Source: Eledone cirrhosa
Taxonomy: Eukaryota
DNA: 64,000 nt
Reading direction: 5' to 3'
Assembly: GCA_964016885.1 (NCBI GenBank)
Contig: OZ024756.1
Location: forward strand, 24,614,001-24,678,000
Translations under genes and position numbers: made by a program
In this document: positions 27,146-42,892 of the stretch, one piece after another
How the letters are laid out: every line of letters starts with the position of its first letter
Position numbering within the stretch: position 1 is the stretch's first letter
Notes under the pieces: model-generated
What the model was told of the DNA's origin: nothing
The model's input: the letters and a program-made list of their open reading frames with translations, nothing else
Databases searched by the model: none

Positions 27146-28481
27146 TTAGAAAAGAATATTTTTGAAGTATCTAGGTGACTTACTACACACAACACAGGTT
27201 AATTCTCTATTGTTCACGTATGGAGGACTTGGCAGTGACCCGACCATCGCTTGTACGTTATACAACAGGGCTCCGTTTTCGTTTTTGTAACCGGCTGGGT
27301 CAGCTTCAGGTTCTTTATCGACACATATGTATTCACTTCTACCTTTGTGAGCATAATATGCTGTCATCAGGTACCCCCAATATTCAGTTTGCCAACCAGT
27401 ATAGCATTCTATTCGTCCTGGAATCATTATTACCGAAGCCGGTGATTTAGTTTCACAGACTGCGCAAGGAACGTCTTGATCATGTAAAGAGTAGTCATGT
27501 TTATTGATAAACATTCCATTTTTCGGGCTACTTTTGTAATTTGACAGTTCATACTCTACACCGTAAATAGTAGCAGCAACTTCAAAAGCGTCTGAGTAGT
27601 TGCCCCATTGCGGTTTCGATGTTAGACACAGAAAATTGCTTCCACCCCCAGCGTGTGTATAAAACTGTCCTGCAGCGAAACCTATCAACAAATATAAGAA
27701 AAGTAAAGAGAATTTCAGCTTCTATTATTCAACATCTAATGAACCAAAACATATATATAGGGTCAATGGTAAATATGTGTTCTAGTGTACTCTTTGTAAT
27801 ATCAATTCAATCTGTTACATGTCGATCCCTAAAGAACTAGGCAGAACCTAATCAGCAGTTATACTTCGTACATATTTCGTCTTAGAAAGTCAGTATAAAG
27901 ATGTTAAAACATTGAAACGAATGTGTGAAAATGTATGTTACAAGATTTCATAAGGTGTAGAAAACTATTTCTTTTTCTTTGTCAATATTGAAAGGTGTTT
28001 GTGTTATAGTGTAGATTTTTGAAAACAAAAATATCCAATGTTAAAATCTAGCACTTTATATTCTTACCTGAATAGACTTTAGTAGCTGTTTTAGCGGTGC
28101 AATTTTTCTTTCCCCACTGTGTATATACCGCACCAGGAAGGGAACCTGCAAGATAATTAAGCTTAATATAGAAATTTCTTTCTATATATATATATGATAC
28201 TATTGGATATGTATTAGTCTAAAAACACATTCGTTGAAATCCAAAATTAATGGAAATGTATATTTGTCGATATTAAGATTGATCGAAGGCGATATTAATC
28301 GAATGACATATAAATTAAATGACACATTGATCGAAATACAAATTCTTAGAAAAATATTCCTCGAAAATATTAATGCTTATGTATATTAATACTAACATAC
28401 TCTTAGCACATATAAGTAAATATTACTGATTATCTAGTAATAAATATAGTAAATAATACACACATATATATAGCAACTGAA

Positions 28482-28519
<38 letters not shown>

Positions 28520-28643
28520 CATATTCCACTTCAGTTTATTGTCTTATATCACACCCGTTATGTATATTTCAAAGGCATTAAATGTCCTTATGTAATACCT
28601 GTTTAATGAATTGTTATTAGACAGGTGCTGAAAGAGAGAAGGT

Positions 28644-28716
<73 letters not shown>

Positions 28717-31626
28717 GGGACAGAGAGAGAGCGAATATGCATAGAGACATGGTATTGAAAGTGCATATATAAATATTTTTTCTAACATTGCACAAGGTCA
28801 GCATCTTTGGAGGGAAAGAGAAAGTCAGTTTATAACGACCCGATTTCATTACTCGTACTTATTTTATCGATCTCAGAAGGGATTTGAGCCCAGAACAAAG
28901 GCCGGAAATATTTTGTCCGCTGCTTTGACAATTCTGCCAATCCACCACTCTAGTGTATATAGAAATAATGTCAAATGTGTGTACAATAGTTATCAAAAGG
29001 TGTCACTTACGTTGCAATGGAGTAAACCATTTCCTCTGAAATTATAGAGCAAATATAGTTGTGTCAGATATGTTATAAATATATTTGAATAAAGTAGTAG
29101 TAGATACATGCAGGTTAGTAGGATTATTTAATTGGCAGTATCGGGAGAGCGTTGGACGCCATGCTTTCTAGCATAGTTACGTCCCTTTACAGTCTGAGTT
29201 CAAATCCCGCCGAGGTTAACTTTGCCTTTCATCCTTACGGGGTCGATGAAATAAAGTACCAGTAATGTACTGGGTAATTGCTGGCCTTGTGCCTATATAA
29301 GAAACAATTATTTACCATACTGTAGCAGTGGTAGTAGTAGTAGTAGTAGTAGTAATGATAACAGTAGTAGTAGTAGTAGTCGTAGTAGTAATAGCAGCAG
29401 CAGTAGTAATAGTAAAATTAGCAGCAGCAGTAGTAGTAGCAGCAGCAGCAACATCAGCAGTACTAGTAGTAGTTGTATATATTTGAGTGTAGCTTTTTTT
29501 CCGACAATTGTTGTTTTTGCTGCTGTGTATTTTGTACTGGTAATAGTTGTTTCGTGAAGGTACGTAGCTTAGTGGTTAGCGTATTGAGCTTATGATTATA
29601 ATGTCGTGACAACGACAGCTGGACCGGGTAAAATTCTTGAACAAAATACTTCATTTCGGGTTGGTTGAGGTCAATTCAGCTGAATATAAGTACCATCAGC
29701 AGTAACATCTGGCAGTTAACCCTGTGATCAGTTCACATCTGGGAGTCAGCTCCCAGTCGTTTAACGCCAATGAAACTGCTATAAGGTGAGCCTTTTGGTC
29801 CTAGAGACCAAATTTAACTAAATCTAATGGTCAAAATATTAAAATATTTTGACCATTAGATTTAGTTAAATTTGGTCTTAATCCGTCTCCCAGTTTAAAC
29901 CAACAACATAGCATATAGATGTCTTTAGTATTGGACCAGGCCTCCGGCTTTAAAATACATTCTCCCACCTGTTTCTGAGGCTCTGAAAAGAATCATGAAT
30001 GGTGCTCCAAAGCATTTGTGCATGTTCTAGGAATCCTGGAAATACCGTGCGACTAGCTTTCTGGACAGATGTATCAATCAGTTTGTTCTTTACCAGGTAT
30101 TTTGATATTCTCCAAGCCAGTACTCCGTTAATCATGTTTCAATACATACTAAGGAGAGATATCGGCTCCTTCCTTCTATTTTAACTTGAAGAGATATTCT
30201 CGTAAGATTGAAGTTGAAGCCATCTTGTTGCCAGTTCTGCTCTCTTGGTTAACAAATAATTTTCTAGTTGCAGGATATTACTGGTATAGGAGAACGTGAA
30301 CCATCTGCTTTCGAGTCTCTCTCTCTCTCTATATATACATAAGTGTGTATGTGCGTGTGTTGAAGTATGTATAAATTTCTGTATGTATGTTGAAATATTT
30401 CAACCGTGAAAGCCATTACCTGTTTCCTCCCCTTCGCCACAACCATAAGGCAGAGAATGACTTGATGATGATGATGATGATGATGATGATGACGGTACAT
30501 GGTGCTAGAAGATGATACAGGGTAGTACATGACGATACATGACGGCACATGACAGTACATGACGGTACATGCTGACACAAGCCGACACAGGACGGTACAG
30601 GATCGTGCAAAACGGTACAGGACTGTACCGGACGTTACATTAATGTAGATGATGGTACAGGACGGTACAGTATGACACAGGATGGTACAGGACGGTATAG
30701 GCTGACACAGGACGGTACAGGACGAGACACGATGACACAAGACGGTACAGACTTACACACGACTCAACAAACGATACAAAATTAGGTTTTTGCCTGCAAA
30801 AAAGGTATTAACAAGAAAAACAACAGACGGAAAAACATTCAGATAAAATAATAAATTCCAGGACAGGGGCGAAACTTCCAAGAATCACTCATGGAAAAAG
30901 TCCACAAGAACCACAGTCATCCTGACCACAACGGCAAGTGCCCCCACCCTATTGTCCTCCTCCAATTCACAAGTGCATACACAAAGCAGATTAGTTCATT
31001 CGGACCATGCTCACCCCTCTCACCTAACTTTCGCTGGAAGGCAGCAGTTTCCATATATATTAAGGCGAGATACCGGTTCCTTCTTTCCATGCCCACAGTC
31101 GTACTCTTGTCAATCTCGAGCAATGTTTATAGATCTTGTACGATATAATTGCCTCAGTCATCTATATCGATTTCTTATTACACAATATGAAATTAAACAT
31201 TGGTGAAGTATAGTTTACTGTTCAGTTCACATCCTAGTTATTAATAAACTACATTGTAATCATATCACCTTGCTTCCATATAGCGACAGATTAAGGGAGG
31301 GATAATATCTAAAGAGAACCAAGTAATTTTCTTTTTATTTTCTTTGCTACACAAGTGGTTCGATGAAACTTTCAGCCTGGTGCCTAAGGTAAATTTAACC
31401 CGACCCGGTTCCTACATAATACCAGTTATAATAAATTTCTAGAAAAGAAACTTACCGGTGGAATTGTTGAGCTGATGGCTCTTTTTTCTAACTGTGCGAC
31501 ACGTGAGGACTGGTGTAAGACAGCCACAGTCATGAGAACTACCATAACACCAACCAACACGAGAGGAACAGTGAGTTTCTGTTTTAACTTGAAGAGATAT
31601 TCTCGTAAGGTTGAAGTTGAAGTCAT
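27146..31626 (-). CDS. Copy D, ~269 aa; exons 31626-31456, 29035-29011, 28145-28068, 27681-27146
   Basis: Same splice sites. 171+25+78+536=810 nt open. Ends PRYFKNILF*. Confidence 0.85.
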
Positions 31627-31916
31627 CTTGTTGCCAGTTCTGCTCTCTTGGTTAACAAATAATTTTCTAGTTGAAGTGTATTACTGGTATAGGAGAACGT
31701 GAACTATCTGCTTTCGAGTCTCTCTCTCTATATTTATATACATTTATAAGTGTGTGTGTGTGGGTGTGTGTGTGTGTGTGTGTGTGTGTGTTGAAGTACG
31801 TATACATTTCTGTATGTATGTTGAATAATTCAACTGTGAAAGCCATTATGTGTTTCCTCCCCTTTGCCACAGCCATAAGGCAGAAAATGACTTGATGATG
31901 ATGATGATGATGATGA

Positions 31917-31919
<3 letters not shown>

Positions 31920-31947
<28 letters not shown>

Positions 31948-32295
31948 TATGCTGCTGTTGTTGTGGTGGTGGTGGTGGTGTATGCTGCTGTTGTTGTTGT
32001 TGTGGTGGTGGTGTATGCTGCTGTTGTTGTTGTGGTGGTGGTGGTGGTGTATGCTGCTGTTGTTGTTGTTGTGGTGGTGGTGTATGCTGCTGTTGTTGTT
32101 GTTGTGGTGGTGGTGTATGCTGCTGTTGTTGTTGTGGTGGTGGTGGTGGTGTATGCTGCTGTTGTTGTTGTGGTGGTGGTGGTGGTGTATGCTGCTGTTG
32201 TTGTTGTTGTGGTGGTGGTGTATGCTGCTGTTGTTGTTGTGGTGGTGGTGGTGTATGCTGCTGTTGTTGTGGTTGTGGTGGTGGTGGTGGTGATG
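31920..32295. repeat. Expanded gtatgctgct(gtt)n(gtg)n minisatellite, 10 units
   Basis: 10 AAY(T)n units here versus 1-2 in other array units. Confidence 0.9.
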
Positions 32296-32597
32296 GTGTT
32301 TGCTTCTAAAAGAAAATACGTAATTGAATCCTTTGTCAATGGTAACATCAGGTTGTAACGTTTTTGTTAGGTTAAATAGTCTTTACATACCTAAGAAGGA
32401 AAATATGTCGCCATCGCCGTCCTCATCATCATCATCATCATCATCATTACCACCTTCAAGGCGAAATTCTCCTTTCGTTTTCTCAGGATAGATAAAATCA
32501 AGTACCAGTTAACTACTGTTCTCTTTTTAATTGATAATCTTACCCGTTAACATTGCTGTCAGTTGAAAATTGCAAACTTGACTGTCACCACACAATA

Positions 32598-32636
32598 TGA
32601 ACCTGATGATTGCGAAAGCATGAAAGTACTTATTCA
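32598..32636 (+). ncRNA. Degenerate minimal type I hammerhead ribozyme motif
   Basis: TGAAC CTGATGA TTGC-GAAA-GCAT GAAA GTAC TT ATTCA. Core intact and stem III loop palindromic, but mismatches at the bases of stems I and II. Confidence 0.5.
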
Positions 32637-32772
32637 ATTAACACTTAACATTTAATATTCTACCATACTATTTCATTCTAAATTTTAAAGGATTGTAAAT
32701 AAAACGAGTAAATCAGACAAAGTTGGAATTCCTTTTATTAATATAATCTTCTCTACACAATCATACACACCC

Positions 32773-32992
<220 letters not shown>

Positions 32993-33729
32993 TTCTACCT
33001 GGAGTTGCGACCGATAGATAGTATTAGCAATTGGAAAGACCAACGGAAACATTGTTCCCTCGGTCCGATTTGACAAAAAAGTCGATCGTTCCTTTTTTTT
33101 ATATATATATATATACAAGTATGAATATGGTACCAGGAAAAACAGAACAAAGTAGGCATAGAGCGACCCACAAGAACCAACCTAATAAAACCAACCGGAT
33201 ATACATAGAAAAACATGCAACCAGCTAGTGGCAAGTAAATAAAGATATAAATAAATCACAATAGAAACACACACACACACACACACGGATATAACGCAAC
33301 CCAAATACACAGCACATAACACACAAAAGCAAGATAGTGTGTAGGACAGAACAAACGAGAAACACAAAATAACAAATTAGTCATTAATTTTTCATTATCT
33401 ATCTATCTATAAAATACTAAAAGTTTGTTATTGGTTGCTTGCTTGTCTTTAATGTAATACAGCCAGTGATAACAAATGCAAGTCATTTTACATATCCTAT
33501 TCATTGTTTTACGATCGTTTCGGAGGGTTGATCATATCGCTATATTGACTGATCTACAGTAGTTATAGAACTGTATACTATCAAACCTAATATATGGGCT
33601 CGATCATACCACGAAAGATAGACCCCCCACCACACACACACACGCACGCACACACGCACACACACACACAAACACAAACACAAACACACTGCTAAATATA
33701 TATATGTGTGTGTGTGTGAGAGAAAGAGA

Positions 33730-35583
33730 GGGACAACTTATTGGGAAAACCTACTCCTTCATAAGAAGACTGCGGTGGCGTGCTTTCCACTTCGAAAATA
33801 AAGAAAAAACTGATAAGAAAAACACCAATCATAGTTTTGATCTTATTTTTAGATCTAGAAAAAATCCTCCTTATAACAAACTGCTGGCTAACTTCGAAAA
33901 TGAAATTATAAATATAATAAGGAACATTAAATTCAAGAAAAACCCATATAGAGGCCAGGAATACCTCAGAGGTCTAAAGGAAAAAATTATTGACATGCAA
34001 AAAATAAATAAAATATTAGTGAAATCAGATAAAACGAATAACCTATATGGGATGGAAAGAGTAAAATATAATGACTTAATTTTAAAAGAACTGAGGAAAA
34101 ATTATAAGAAGGCCCAACTGAGGATTTATTGGATATTAATAATGAGGCATTCAAAATTATCACCAATCTTGGAATAGAGCGGAAGAAAGAACCTTTCATA
34201 CCAAAACAACCGCGCATATAATTTTAAAGACCATAACAGAAATTTCGAGGAGGATATACCAGTTAGACTCATGGCACCTTCTAAATCCGATCTTGGAAAA
34301 ATTAGTAAAAATATAATAGATAGGATTTTACCAACACTTAAATTGAGGTCACGGCTAAATCTATGGAAAGACACTAGTGAAGTTATAGATTGGTTCAAAA
34401 ATATTAAACATAAAAATAACTATAAGTTCATTCAAATGGATATAGCGAGTTATTATTCCTCTATAACTCCTAATCTATTAAATAAGGCGCTATCATATGC
34501 ATATAAACACACAGACATATCTAGTGAGGAGATAAGTATATTAACAGCAAGGCGAACCTTGATTGAGTTTAATAATGATCTTTGGACTAGGGCAGATAGA
34601 CAGAAGAATTTTGACATTACTGTGTGTTCGTCAGATTCGGCGCAAGTTACAGATCTTGTGGGCATTTTTATCCTTAACATGATAAATAGAAAACTGCCGG
34701 AGATTACCGGAGGTTTATATAGGGACGACATACTATTTATTGTAGAAAAACATAACAATAGTGAATTAAATAGAGTAAAGAAAGTAATTATAGATTTTTT
34801 TTTAAATTATGACCTGAAATTAGAAGTAGAAAATAATAATAAAATAGTCAATTTTTTAGATGTGACTCTAAATCTCAACTCAGGCCTTTATTATCCTTTC
34901 CATAAAGTCAATGAGAACTTAAATTATGTTAGTTTTTATTCTAATCACCCTAAAAGTGTTAAGAACGCAATAATCAACAGTGTACAACAACGAATATCCA
35001 GGCTATCTGCTAATAGATCCATATTATAATGATATATATTATAATGAAGAGTTACATAAAGCTGGATATAACAATGATATTGAGTATATAGATAAAAATA
35101 CTGAAATCCATCAAAATAAAATGAATTATAATCACAATAATCATAATAAAAACGAATATAAAAACAACAACTGGATGAATAAATCGAAGAAAAAAATAAG
35201 AACTACATCTATAATTTGGTATGCTCCGCCAGCATCTTTAGCTATAAAAACACCTGTAGCACATTTATTTTTTAAAGCTTTGGATAAATGCTTCCCTAGG
35301 TCACATAAATATTACTCTATCTTCAATAGACACATAGTTAAACTATCTTACTCGACAACTATGAATATTGCTCAAAATATAGCAAAAATAAATAATAAAA
35401 ATCTTAATTTGAACCAACCTATAATTAGCAATAATAATAATAATTGTTTCTACTTTAGGCACAAGGCCAGCAATTACCCAGTGCATTACTGGTACTTTAT
35501 TTTATCGACCCCGTAAGGATGAAAGGCAAAGTCAACCTCGGCGGGATTTGAATTCAGATCGTAAAGGGACGTAACTATGCTGG

Positions 35584-35647
<64 letters not shown>

Positions 35648-36172
35648 TATATTAGTTAATGGGAATAACAATAATAATAGTTTAAACACGAAAAATAGTA
35701 GAACACCTTTAAATAATAATATGAGTAGTATAACGTCTGTAGAAGAAATGTAATTGTAGAAAGAGGTCTGAATGCCCTTTACAAAATAATTGCCTTGACA
35801 AAAATCTAGTATATAAATGTACCATTAAGGCAAATAATAATATATAGGTGCCACCTCATCTAAATTTAAGGAACGTTGGTATAATCATAGACATACTTTT
35901 AATAGACCAGATAACAAATTTTCAACTTCACTTTCGCAATTAGAATGGTCTTTAAAGGACAATAATATTAAATACTCCATCTCTTGGAGGAAATTAAAGT
36001 ATGTTACTTCCTATCAGAACTCAACAATCTCAGAAATTTGCAATCTTTGCAACGAAGAGATTCTACAGATAATCATAAACTATGACAATTTAATCAACAA
36101 AAAAAAAATGAATTATTTAGTAGTTGTCATCATAAAATTGGTAAAACTTTCCAGGCAGTTTCGAAAAAATAA
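33730..36172 (+). mobile_element. Decayed Penelope-like retroelement (RT + C-terminal GIY-YIG endonuclease), frameshifted, with a SINE inserted
   Basis: RT motifs FIQMDIASYYSSI, SSDSAQVTDL, GLYRDDIL, VNFLDVTLNL, SNHP. Downstream KCNCRKRSECPLQNNCL...LVYKC...YIGATSSKFKERWYNHRHTF...ICNLCNEE. Confidence 0.9.
35440..35585 (-). mobile_element. SINE family A inserted in the Penelope-like ORF at an (AAT)n tract
   Basis: Standard family A sequence, 5'-truncated, flanked by aat repeats. Confidence 0.85.
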
Positions 36173-36751
36173 GGACAATTAATAATTTAAATATATATAA
36201 ATTTTGCCTTATTGAAGTAATAATTTATTGATATTTATATGTATTTGATTAATTTCATTAAGAGTCTCTTTATTCTATGCTTTGATTAGGATAGTTCAAT
36301 ATTTAATTAGACATCAATTATGATATATAAAATAGATGATTTATGGCTTTTGAATTATCGCTGGACGTGAGAGTAGAGATTAGTTAGAAATACTTATACG
36401 GTGAATGAGTTATCTTCCTTTTATTTACATTGTCCGTTAAAATTTCTTTTGACTAGCTTGTTAAAACATATTAAATATGAAATATGAAGTTTAATAATAT
36501 ATAGACTATCATTAAAAGGAAACTATATATCAAAATAAGTAAATATAACCATTCATTAAATAAATGAAATAAAATTATAGAGAGTAAATATAACCACAGT
36601 TCGATTCTTGGAAATAAATGAAAATTAAAGAATAGTAAAGCTTTCATAAAGCGAATTTCTAAATTAAAATGAATTAATTTGGGTAATAAATAAACTAAAT
36701 ATATTATATGTATTGATGAAGATATATGCATGGTATTATATTTTAATATTT

Positions 36752-36912
36752 TAGAGGGTCGGACATGCCTTCCAACATGTTACGTCCCTTTACAATCTGA
36801 GTTCAAATCCCGCCGAGGTTAACTTTGCCTTTCATCCTTACGGGGTCGATAAAATAAAGTACCAGTAATGCACTGGGTAATTTCTGGCCTTGTGCCTAAA
36901 GTAGAAACAATT
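36752..36912 (+). mobile_element. SINE family A
   Basis: B-box and conserved body/tail. Confidence 0.85.
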
Positions 36913-38147
36913 ATATTTTAATACATATTTAATAATTATTTAAATACGCTTTAAAGATTAATTCTTTTAAAGTTGTAGTAAAATATTAATAGAATATCTT
37001 ACCTTAAAATTAAAAATTATAATAATCTATAATGACCTAAATTAAATTATATAAATTTATAATCTAAACTATAATAAAGGAAGGTCTGCGGGACTGCGTA
37101 CGGTTTATTTTTTTTTTATCCCGTTAGTAAAATAAGTTGGATTATTTTGAATAAATAATGAATGTATATTACATAATTTATCTACTAAATTTCGTAAACA
37201 AAAATAATTTCATAAAAATAAATAATTTAAAATTGACTTCTTTTCAAAGTTGCACTTCCGGTATATCGTTGCCACCACCACCACCACCACTTCAACTACC
37301 ATATATATAGAAAGAGAGAGTGTGTGATGTCAATACTTCCGGTGGCCATCACTTAAATAAACATACTTATTTTCTGTCACTAATTTTCTCTTAATGCAGT
37401 TTATATATAATATAGTCTTTTTTTAATATATCATGGATTACGTTACTGATTACATAAGACAGTGTAACAACGTTTTCGTTCAATTTCTGTTTATATTGTC
37501 AATTACGATTTTATTAGATGTATCATATCTACATGTATATATACTTGCGTATAATATCAATATACACACTACACATGCTAGTAGAAAACTACCCAAGGGT
37601 GGTTTTTCTGCTAGTTAACTTAAATATGTGATTGCTATTGAAAATAATCTATACTGAATAATCTAGATATAATATAAAAGTATAATTAGCTAAAACATAA
37701 TCCAATACAAGCGATATTCATTGATATATGTTTAGATTTTTGATTTCTTATTTTATCTAGCATTTGAAAACAACGGTTTTTTTATTCCCCTCTATTTGGT
37801 GTTCTCTTCTTTTTCTTCGTTTTTCCTTATTCCCCTTCGTTTCCTTTTACTCTCCCCACATCTTCCCTCGCTTTTGTCTTTATTTCTCTTTTCTTTATTT
37901 CTCTTTTCTTTTATATATTTCTTTTCTTCTTTTATTCATTCATCCATTTATTTATTTATTTATTTATCTCTTGCCTTTTCCTTTTCTTTGCACCCCCTCT
38001 TATATCTCTAACTTGCCCTACGTCCTTTTCTTCTTTAAGTTTATCATATTATTTGTGGTATAAAAACGTTGAGATTTGATGAAATAAATCACTGCCAATA
38101 CTGGAATTGAATAATCAAAACCATAGCGGTATGTCACATATCAAATC

Positions 38148-38216
38148 ATATATTTTATCTGATGAAAACGTACTTAAACACCATAGTACCTTTGAAATAT
38201 GTATAATAAAATATAT
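38148..38216 (+). ncRNA. Minimal type I hammerhead ribozyme
   Basis: ATATATTTTAT CTGATGA AAA-C-GTACT(loop)AGTAC-C-TTT GAAA TATGTA TA ATAAAATATAT. 11-bp stem I and intact core. Confidence 0.8.
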
Positions 38217-38372
38217 ATTTTGATTATGAGAATATTTTTCATTTGTATACATTTTGAATAATATATGTATATATATATTTATTCAAATAGCAGATTAAAG
38301 TTTAAGCAAAGAATCGCTGCTTTCACATTTAATATTATTACTATATAATATATATATATATGTGTGTGTATA

Positions 38373-39070
<698 letters not shown>

Positions 39071-39116
39071 TATACATATTTACACACTTTTGGATGGCCA
39101 TTGACTTATACATATA

Positions 39117-39251
<135 letters not shown>

Positions 39252-39394
39252 CATATATATACTTACACACACACGCATATATATATATGTTTGTGAGTGT
39301 GTGCGTGCGTGTATGTGTGTGAGTGTGTTTGGTGAGGGAGTGCGGCTTATTCATAGTTTTTAGTATTTATTGAACCCACTCTACTAGTAGTACA

Positions 39395-41682
39395 ACCCCA
39401 CCAACACCACTAACACCACCACATCACCACCACGACCACCATCACCAACACCACCACAACCACCATACCACAACCATCAATACAACCACCACCACCACCA
39501 CCACCACTAACACCACCACCATCACCACCACGACCACCATCACCAACACCACCACAACCACCATACCACAACCATCAACACAACCACCACCACCACCACC
39601 ACAACCACCATACCACAACCATCAATACAACCACCACCACCACCACCACCTCTAACACCACCACCATCACCACCACCACCGCCAACACCACTAACACCAC
39701 CACCACCATCACCACCACGACCACCATCACCAACACCACCACAACCACCACTAACACCACCACCACCAACACCACCACCACCAACACCACCACAACCACC
39801 ATACCACAACCATCAATACAACCACCACCACCACTAACACCACCACCATCACCACCACGACCACCATCACCACCACAACCACCACTAACACCACCACCAT
39901 CACCACCACGACCACCATCACCACCACCACCGCCAACACCACTAACACCACCACCATCACCACCACGACCACCATCACCAACACCACCACAACCACCACT
40001 AACACCACCACCACCAACACCACCACCACCAACACCACCACAACCACCATACCACAACCATCAATACAACCACCACCACCACTAACACCACCACCATCAC
40101 CACCACGACCACCACCACCACCACCACCACCACCACCACCACCACCACCACCACCACCACAACCACCATACCACAACCATCAATACAACCACCACCACCA
40201 CCACCACCACCACCACTAACACCACCACCAACACCACCACAACCACCATACCACAACCACCACCACCACCACCACCACCACCACCACCATACCACAACCC
40301 TCAATACAACCACCACCACCACTAACACCACCACCATCACCACCACAACCACCACTAACACCACCACCATCACCACCACCACCACCACCACCAACACCAC
40401 CACAACCACCACAACCACCATACCACAACCATGAATACAACCACCACCACCACCACCACTAACACCACCACCAACACCACCACAACCACCATACCACAAC
40501 CATCAATACAACCACCACCACCACCACCACCACCACCACCATACCACAACCATCAATACAACCACCACCACCACCACCACCACCACCACCACCACCACCA
40601 CCATACCACAACCATGAATACAACCACCACCACCACCACCACCACGCACTAACACCACCACCAACACCACCACAACCACCATACCGCAACCATCAATACA
40701 ACCACCACCACCACCACCACCACCACCACCACCATACCACAACCATCAATACAACCACCACCACAACCACCACCACCACCACCACCACCACCACCACCAT
40801 ACCACAACCATCAATACAACCACCACCACCACCACCACCACTAACACTACCACCAACACCACCACAACCACCATACCACAACCATCAATACAACCACCAC
40901 ACCACCACCACCACCACCACCATACCACAACCATCAATACAACCACCACCACCACCACCACCACCACCACCACCACCATACCACAACCATCAATACAACC
41001 ACCACCACCACCACCACCACTAACACCACCACCAACACCACCACAACCACCATACCACAACCATCAATACAACCACCACCACCACCACCACCACCACCAC
41101 CACCACCATACCACAACCATCAATACAACCACCACCACCACCACAACCACCATACCACAACCATCAATACAACCACCACCACCACCACCACCACCACCAT
41201 ACCACAACCATCAATACAACCACCACCACCACCACCACCACCACCATACCACAACCATCAATACAACCTCCACCACCACCACTAACACCACCACCACCAC
41301 CACAACCACCATACCACAACCATCAATACAACCACCACCACCACCACCACCACCACCACCACCACCATACCACAACCATCAATACAACCACCACCACCAC
41401 CACCACCACCACCACCATACCACAACCATCAATACAACCACCACCACCACCACAACCACCATACCACAACCATCAATACAACCACCACCACCACCACCAC
41501 CACCACCACCACCATACCACAACCATCAATACCACCACCACCACCACCACCACCATACCACAACCATCAATACAACCACCACCACCACCACCACCACAAC
41601 CACCATACCACAACCATCAATACAACCACCACCACCACCACCACCACCACCACCATACCACAACCATCAATACAACCACAGC

Positions 41683-41717
<35 letters not shown>

Positions 41718-41725
41718 CTACAACA
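39395..41725. repeat. (CCA)n-based higher-order minisatellite anchored by ccataccacaaccatcaatacaacca
   Basis: ~2.3 kb; the anchor recurs with variable CCA runs. A related short copy lies at ~52310-52500. Confidence 0.95.
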
Positions 41726-41839
41726 ACGCCGACGATAATTACACAAAAGCCCTGACCTTGAAATAACTTTTCATTAACACAGATTAATTAATTATTGATG
41801 AGTTCAAGTTCAATTATAGATTTAATAATACTAATAATA

Positions 41840-41957
41840 ATCTTCTTCTTCTTCTTCTTCCTCATCTTCCTCTTCTTCCTCTTCTTCCTCTCCTTCCTCT
41901 CCTTCCTCTTCTTCCTCTTCTTCTTCTTATTCTTCTTCTTCCTCTTCTTCTTCCTCT

Positions 41958-42008
<51 letters not shown>

Positions 42009-42029
42009 TCTTCTTCCTCTTCTTCTTCT

Positions 42030-42094
<65 letters not shown>

Positions 42095-42165
42095 TTCTTC
42101 CTCTTCTTCTTCTTCTCCCACTTCTTCTTCTTCCTCTTCTTCTTCTTCTTCCTCTCCTTCCTCTC

Positions 42166-42202
<37 letters not shown>

Positions 42203-42221
42203 TTCATCTTCTTCTTCCTCT

Positions 42222-42281
<60 letters not shown>

Positions 42282-42290
42282 TCTTCTTCC

Positions 42291-42370
<80 letters not shown>

Positions 42371-42437
42371 TGCTTCCTCTTCTTCTTCTTCTTCCACTTC
42401 TTCTTCTTCCTCTTCTTCTCCTTCCTCTTCTTCTTCT

Positions 42438-42469
<32 letters not shown>

Positions 42470-42533
42470 CACTTCCTCTTCTTCTTCTTCCTCTTCCTCT
42501 TCCTCTTCTTCTTCTTCTTCTTCCTCTTCTTCC

Positions 42534-42577
<44 letters not shown>

Positions 42578-42579
42578 CA

Positions 42580-42619
<40 letters not shown>

Positions 42620-42656
42620 TTCTTCCTCTTCTTCTTCTTCCTCTTCTTCTTCTTCC

Positions 42657-42688
<32 letters not shown>

Positions 42689-42740
42689 TTCTTCCTCTTC
42701 TTCTTCTTCCTCTTCTTCTTCCTCTTCTTCTTCCTCTTCT

Positions 42741-42788
<48 letters not shown>

Positions 42789-42860
42789 TCTTCTTCTTCT
42801 TCCTCTTCTTCTTCTTCTTCCTCTTCTTCTTCTTCTTCTTCCCCTTCTTCCTCTTCTTCT

Positions 42861-42892
<32 letters not shown>

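Noticed and set aside
31830-32348. Mucin-like (AAYTTTTTTTT)n ORF
   Set aside because: Product of a triplet-based minisatellite in the upstream region; open in several frames, with no signal peptide or splice support.
37250-37350. Two ACTTCCGGT (ETS-like) motifs suggesting a promoter
   Set aside because: No associated exon or CpG-rich region seen; too little evidence.
39540-41116. Gly-rich GGCGG/WYGG ORFs resembling structural proteins
   Set aside because: The anchor shifts frame in every unit, so frames alternate between poly-G, poly-V and poly-W with stops. Not a coherent coding sequence.
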